DNA of 64,000 nt from Microcoleus sp. (lineage in GTDB: Bacteria; Cyanobacteriota; Cyanobacteriia; Cyanobacteriales; Microcoleaceae): contig JAYFMW010000022.1 of assembly GCA_042408215.1 (NCBI GenBank), positions 35,974 to 99,973 on the forward strand, read 5' to 3'. The notes beneath the pieces are model-generated. The model was given only the letters and a program-made list of their open reading frames with translations, had not been told where the DNA came from and made no database searches. A program made the translations under genes and the position numbers. This document shows positions 58,828 to 64,000 of the stretch, piece after piece; within the stretch, counting starts at the first letter, position 1; each line of letters starts with the position of its first letter.

Positions 58828-60131
58828 GTGTCAAAACTCAAGCATCTAGTTTTAACATCCGATTCGGGAACTTCCGACGCTTCATCTATTCCCATTTGTT
58901 GCGGAGAAATAGATCCGCTGAAACGGCGGCCTGTGATTGGTAGCCTCACCAAATCGTCTCACCGTAATGCGATCGGCACTCACTCCGGTTCCTACTCTGT
59001 CGATCGGGCACTAGCAGTAGCCAGTGGTACACTCCAAGCAGAGCACCGCCCTGATTTTACCAATACATCTCCCGCCGAACGCATCGGCCCGCACGATGGC
59101 GTTGGGGCGACGCCAACCAAATTGTGTCTCTCGATCCCTTTGGGGGTTTGGTTAGGGAAATTTACAGCTCATTATCCCTGCTGGGATACGATATTCGACC
59201 GACAATTGCTGTGACAAAAGCTCACATTAATCTGCCGGAACTGCAAGATGCTATTGCCAAAAAGCGGGTGCTAATTGATGGCAAAATAGTTAAAGCAGGA
59301 GGGAATTTGGCGGTAACTAAAATCGCGATCGATCCCCTGTGGTATTTGCCAGGAATTGCCCAGGGACTTGGTGTTGAAGAAAACGATCTTCGTCGCGTTC
59401 TTTTTCAACAAACAGGGGGAATGTTTGCGGACTTAGTGAGGCGGCCTGACTTGCAGGTTTTATTGCCACCAATTGGCGGAACTACAGTCTATATTATTGG
59501 GGATGTCGCGCATATTTCTGACCCACAGAAGCAGTTGGCGGTGCTCTTCCACCACGAGTGCAACGGTTCAGACGTTTTCAGTTCTGATATTTGCACCTGT
59601 CGCCCTTATCTAGTACAGGGGATTGAGGTTTGCATCCAAACGGCACAGGCTGGCGGCTCTGGGGTAATTGTTTACTTCCGCAAGGAAGGGAGAGCTTTGG
59701 GCGAAGTTACTAAGTTTTTGGTGTACAATGCTAGAAAACGTCAGTCAGGAGGCGATCGCCCTGATGCGTATTTTACTCGCACTGAATGTGTCGCCGGAGT
59801 TCAAGATATGCGGTTTCAAGAATTAATGCCAGATGTGTTGCACTGGTTGGGGAACTCTCGAATTGACCGTTTAGTTTCCATCAGCGATCAGAAATACAAT
59901 GCGATTAGTAATTCTGGCATTCAGGTAGTCGATCGCATTCCCCTTCCTGAACATTCGATTCCCGCAGATGCACAAGTTGAAATCATCGCCAACAGAGCCG
60001 CTGGTTACTATACACCAGACAAGGGGCCAGATGCTACTATCCTTGCAGAAACATTCATGACGAGATTGAGGAGATCGATCGGGCACAGGCGCGAGGGATC
60101 GGAGGCGAATCGGCGCGTCTTTGCCAAATAA
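58828..60131 (+). pseudogene. URC1-like GTP cyclohydrolase II family gene, frameshifted
   Basis: RNAIGTHSGSYS, DIRPTIAVTKAH, ECNGSDVF-SDICTCRPYL, RKEGRALGEVTK; frameshift near 59095-59102; degenerate conserved residues. Confidence 0.85.
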
Positions 60132-60168
60132 AATTTATTGCTTGTTTTTTTATAAATCAGGGCAGGTT

Positions 60169-61251
60169 ATGGCTAATTTGCGTTCTACTGTGATCGTAAA
60201 AACAGATATTTGCGGATATACCGCCAGAGTTAAAAAATTATCTCAGTCGGACTTAAGTAGCTTATTAAACGATCATAAAATTTTTATTTCAGATATTAGC
60301 ACCAGAAATGAAGGAAGTGTGATTAAAGGGGAAGGTGATTCATTTTGGATGATTTTTCCCAGCGTCACAGCAGCGGCTATGGCTGCCATAGAAATGCAGC
60401 AGGAATTGAGGGCTCAGCAGTCTAGCAAATCGAGCGACGAACGATTGGCTATTCGGGTGTCGATTACCTTAGGAGATGTCTTGCACCAAGATAAAGATAT
60501 CTTTGGGGATACTGTGAATTTAACAGCTCGCATAGAATCTGTCACGCCCCCTGATGAAATATATTTGTCCCAAGCAGCTTGGCTGGCACTCAACAAAGCA
60601 GAAGTGCAAACATCCTTCGTGAATGAGTTTGCTTTGAAAGGGATGAGCGAACCTGAAAAAGTCTACAAAGTTGACCAAAGTTATAAGACGCGAATTGTCA
60701 AAAATCAAGCAATAATTAAAGCTGAATTGAGAGGTTTTATTGCTTATCAAGAATCCAACTCAATCAAAGATGTTGAATACCTGCTGACAAACTTCGATAA
60801 TTTTGAAAAAACAATTTGCGAAGAATACGGAGGCACAATTCGGAGTATCGTTGGCGATTCGCACCTTTTAACTTTCCCGGAAGCTCATGCGGCTTTAGCG
60901 GCAATGGAAAGTTTGTGCGAAAATTGGAAACTTTTTATTCACGGCAATCACATACCTTGCGGCTTGTCTGTGGGAGTTACTAAAGGAAATTTATATATAT
61001 TTCGCTCTTGTACTTACGGTAAAGATATTAACATAGCCGATCGACTGGAACATTTAAGTAAAATAGTATCTCCGGGCACAGAAAAAAATTCGGTGATAGT
61101 TTCCGATCGCATCAAACGGGAAGTCAGCGGCTCGAAATGGGAATATAAGTTGATCAAGCTCGATAAAAATGCGATCCTAGATAATATTTTGGATTATAGT
61201 CAGTTTGACTTTTTTAAAGAAAATGATGTTTATCGGTGTCTAGTTGCATGA
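60169..61251 (+). CDS. Class III nucleotide cyclase with two cyclase domains
   Basis: Domain 1: TDI-GYT, KGEGD, DIFGDTVNLTAR; domain 2: AELRGF, SIVGD, CTYGKDINIADR. Confidence 0.88.
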   Translation: MANLRSTVIVKTDICGYTARVKKLSQSDLSSLLNDHKIFISDISTRNEGSVIKGEGDSFWMIFPSVTAAAMAAIEMQQELRAQQSSKSSDERLAIRVSITLGDVLHQDKDIFGDTVNLTARIESVTPPDEIYLSQAAWLALNKAEVQTSFVNEFALKGMSEPEKVYKVDQSYKTRIVKNQAIIKAELRGFIAYQESNSIKDVEYLLTNFDNFEKTICEEYGGTIRSIVGDSHLLTFPEAHAALAAMESLCENWKLFIHGNHIPCGLSVGVTKGNLYIFRSCTYGKDINIADRLEHLSKIVSPGTEKNSVIVSDRIKREVSGSKWEYKLIKLDKNAILDNILDYSQFDFFKENDVYRCLVA

Positions 61252-61325
61252 ACTTGAGTAATAGTGAATTGGAGACTGTGGAAGATCCGATCGCACCTAG
61301 TGCTATTCGCCAAAAGTGCGAGGAG
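61248..61325 (+). pseudogene. Probable 5' stub of URC4 (DUF1688)
   Basis: ATGA overlap with the cyclase stop; PSAIRQKCE resembles the URC4 N-terminal P-AIRERC motif; runs into repeats. Confidence 0.5.
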
Positions 61326-61417
61326 AGGGGGGAGAGGGAAGAGGGGGAGAGACGGGCTACCAATGCCCTATGCCCTATGCCCTATGCCCTATGCCCTATG
61401 CCCCACTCTCCACATCT

Positions 61418-61987
61418 CTAGCGACAGGTGCGATATTTGATGTGATAAACCAAACCACGGTGAGCCAAATCAAAAGAGTCAACGGTGGCCATACCAGCAC
61501 CACTGGCAGTCATCGCAGCATTCACGCGCATATTTATACTGTCACCGCAACGAGACCAAACATCTGCTACGGTTGCTAAGCTGTCTCGAACGTTATAGTT
61601 AGTTTCGCCGTTGAAAGTCCGGGAAAAAACTGGGCCACGGGTGCCAGCGAAAAAGTATTCTGCTCGTAGATTTCCGCTGGTTTTTGGTGCGACATAACCA
61701 CGATAATCAGCATCGTAGAGAGAAATCTGGAAGCCTTGGGGTACTTTGATCGGAATGCTCAGATTACAGCTTTTCCGCTTTTCTGCTGAGACATTTCCCA
61801 GGGCTGCAAACTTATCAAATAGAATGGTTAGTTCTTGACCGTCGGGGCTGACGCTGACACTGGCGGATCTGTCGGGGCAACCACTACCACCATAGCTTGC
61901 GCCTAAAATTTGAACTTGTTGGGCCAAGGCGGGGCTAATCGAAGCAGACATTAATGCTGCGGCCAGTAAGAGTTTTACAAACTTCAT
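61418..61987 (-). CDS. DUF4360 secreted protein
   Basis: Signal peptide; GSGCP, S-DG--LT-LFD, RK-C-L, DYRG, WS-CG. Confidence 0.85.
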   Translation of the reverse strand: MKFVKLLLAAALMSASISPALAQQVQILGASYGGSGCPDRSASVSVSPDGQELTILFDKFAALGNVSAEKRKSCNLSIPIKVPQGFQISLYDADYRGYVAPKTSGNLRAEYFFAGTRGPVFSRTFNGETNYNVRDSLATVADVWSRCGDSINMRVNAAMTASGAGMATVDSFDLAHRGLVYHIKYRTCR

Positions 61988-62184
61988 GGATGTTCTCCTT
62001 AATCAATTAAGTTTTGTGTGAGAATCACCCCGATCAATTGAATCAGCAAAATTTAGGTAATCCCTGTTAAACTAGGAGATTATAAGTCTTATTTTCTCAT
62101 CTTAAAAACTAGGAAAACCTAGAGGATGATCTAAATGCTAGTACCTAGCTCAGTGCTTTTTCGAGGTGTGGAATTCATCGAAAA

Positions 62185-62373
62185 AGATTGATTTTTTGCT
62201 TTGACTTTCTAAGATTCATGCCAGCTAAACAATGTTCCGGAAGATCCGAGGCCAAAATCCGGCTCTTCCTGGAAAGGAAGAGCCTAGTAACCAGAGAACT
62301 CTCTCTGGAGTTTCGGGTGACTAAGACGGTAACAGAGCGAAGTCGCAGTGGACGATTGTTGAGACGAATAGCT
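62185..62373 (-). ncRNA. ssrS: Probable 6S RNA (boundaries approximate)
   Basis: About 185-nt self-complementary region (GACTTCGCTCTGTTACCG...GGCATGAATCTTAGAAAGTC) with a terminal GGCTCTTCC/GGAAGAGCC stem and a -10-like TATACT at 62380-62385; resembles cyanobacterial 6S as I recall it. Confidence 0.6.
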
Positions 62374-62384
62374 GGTAAAAGTAT

Positions 62385-62567
62385 AGTCATTTATTACAGT
62401 GCCGTGGGAGGCATGAAGTCCCTCCCCTTTCGCTTTCACTTCGAGCGGATTAACCCTTCTAAAGCTGAACTACGCAGCTCTCTATCAAGAGTGCTAAACG
62501 CATTTGGGATTGCTTTTCTCAAAATATTGTAAGACCCGTTAACATCGGCGTTAATCAATCGATCCTT
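62385..62567 (-). pseudogene. tnpB: 3' remnant of a tnpB/IS605 OrfB gene and its right-end region
   Basis: RLINADVNGSYNILRKAIPNAF (RuvC-III of the INADVNG TnpB clade), preceded by a stop. Confidence 0.75.
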
Positions 62568-62590
62568 CTAACTATATGATACTACCATTA

Positions 62591-62683
62591 TCTATTGATG
62601 CTTACAATCTTAATGAAGTTTTACAATACGGCTATGTTGTACCGGGACTGGGAGATGCTGGCGATCGGCTTTACGGCAAGAAG
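62591..62683 (+). pseudogene. upp: 3' fragment of uracil phosphoribosyltransferase
   Basis: SIDAYNLNE...GYVVPGLGDAGDRLYGKK, the UPRTase C-terminal signature. Confidence 0.85.
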
Positions 62684-63140
62684 GGGATGGGGTTGGGGGA
62701 TGGGGTTGAGGGAAGTACAAAGGTAATATCAAGAAAGAATGTTGCTCAAGATTAATCATTAAATATTAACGCCCCGGCATTAATTGACGAGCTTGTTTTT
62801 GGCGGTCTTGCTCCTTTTTGACCTGTGCTCAAATGATTGTCTGCTGTATAGGTAAATACATTCATTTAAATATCAGTGTATTAACATAAGTCTTGGTTTG
62901 ATAGTGTTTTACAACCTAAATTGTAAGAATCAAACTTCCAGGAAAACCGATCGCACGCACAGATTGCAGGAAGTTTTCAAGTGACATTCGGAAATTGCAT
63001 TGATTAAATGTATTTACTGCATATGTTGGGTAAATATTATGTATTTACTGCTAATACTTCCTGCAATTAGTTCATAGAATAGATCTATGATGCTGACGGC
63101 TGGCGATCGACTACTAACATTTTGTGGACGAGGAAAAAAA

Positions 63141-63287
63141 ATGGAGACTACAGTACAGAAGGAAGCCCCCCACCAACCTGTTGAGGAAGTTAAAATTAAC
63201 ACCACCAACAGTGTTGATTTTGAGCTTTGGGCTAAAGCAGTTAAACGCCAGATGATTGCAGCACTCTCTAAAAAGGGCGAGAGCTAA
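63141..63287 (+). CDS. Small protein (48 aa)
   Basis: GAGG RBS; DFELWAKAVKRQMIAAL amphipathic motif; long AT-rich upstream region. Confidence 0.6.
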   Translation: METTVQKEAPHQPVEEVKINTTNSVDFELWAKAVKRQMIAALSKKGES

Positions 63288-63483
63288 TATCTCAAGGGTT
63301 TTTGTGTGCAAGTTTTGTAAAGTGAATTAACAAAATTGTTGTTTACTTTGTTGTCTGCGAGGACGAGATCTAGCTGGCTTCTGCTATTTTTTGTCCTCAA
63401 TTGAGAGGGTGAAAGAGGGGGAAAGAGGGGAGAGAATAAACTCTCAAATCTCCCATTGTTAATGTTGAATGTTTAATTGTTAA

Positions 63484-64000
63484 TTGCTTAAGGAACGAGA
63501 TTCCCAAAGTGGCGACGACGGCAATGATTTGCTGTTTGGCAACCAAGATAGTGATTCTTTGTTGGGTGGTGCGGGTAATGATACTCTATTTGGGGGGGCC
63601 GGCGATGACTCGCTGTTTGGCGGAATCGGTGATGACTGCCTTTCGGGCGATCGGGGCCGAGATACTTTAACTGGCGGCACCGGGAATGACACGTTTGCGA
63701 TCGGTCGTTTGACAGATGGGGACGTGATTACAGACTTTACTGATGGTGGCGATCGAATTCGCTTGAGTGCCGGTCTTACCTTTGCTGAACTCACAATTTC
63801 CGCAGGCACTGCCGGAACTTCGCCTAGTACAATTATTCAGCTTACAAGCACTAAGGAAACTCTGGCACAATCAACAAACAACAAACAACAAACAACAAAC
63901 AACAAACAACAAACAACAAACAACAAACAACAAACAACAAACAACAAACAACAAACAACAAACATCAATCAACAAATCATCAATCAACAATCAACAATCA
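63484..64000 (+). pseudogene. RTX Ca-binding repeat fragment running into a heptamer tract, open at the window end
   Basis: Frame 1: GNDLLFG...[17 protein letters not shown]...DVITDF-DG-DRI-L; no ATG start; no stop before 64000. Confidence 0.65.
63872..64000. repeat. Heptamer STRR tract (CAAACAA/CAATCAA)
   Basis: Tandem 7-mers. Confidence 0.92.

Noticed and set aside
58828..60131. Riboflavin ribA
   Set aside because: The long N-terminal domain and motifs match the URC1-type family, and the gene is frameshifted
62175..62532. ORFs 62175-62390 (-) and 62188-62532 (+)
   Set aside because: They overlap the probable 6S RNA and the tnpB remnant and show no protein motifs
63480..63870. Minus-strand ORFs 63480-63809 and 63667-63870
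   Set aside because: Antisense shadows of the plus-strand RTX repeats

Overview
Chromosomal window from a filamentous cyanobacterium, most consistent with a Microcoleus/Tychonema-like Oscillatoriales genome (abundant HIP1 GCGATCGC, heptamer STRR tracts, GTAG/GTGG REP-like palindromes, cyAbrB, ycf46, hglK-like gene); the taxonomy is inferred. Housekeeping blocks (tsaC-like/larC, mntCAB, cbiMNQ and cbiO, folK-NUDIX-photolyase, phoX, ycf46, cbiB, pyrR, tRNA-Ile2, queC, probable 6S RNA, two cobalamin riboswitches) alternate with accessory DNA. The accessory DNA includes an intact tnpB-only IS200/IS605 element that carries an unannotated RHH gene instead of tnpA, a gene-less miniature IS605 element retaining the omegaRNA region, and a third tnpB remnant abutting the 6S RNA. 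It also includes nested REP/MITE repeats, a putative defence island (AbiE, a sensor-less NB-ARC, and a membrane GTPase pair), a nuclease/TOPRIM pair and HigBA. Finally, a decayed uracil-catabolism (URC) cluster retains only one intact gene, a two-domain class III nucleotide cyclase with non-canonical specificity residues. All family calls come from motif recognition by eye; no searches were run.
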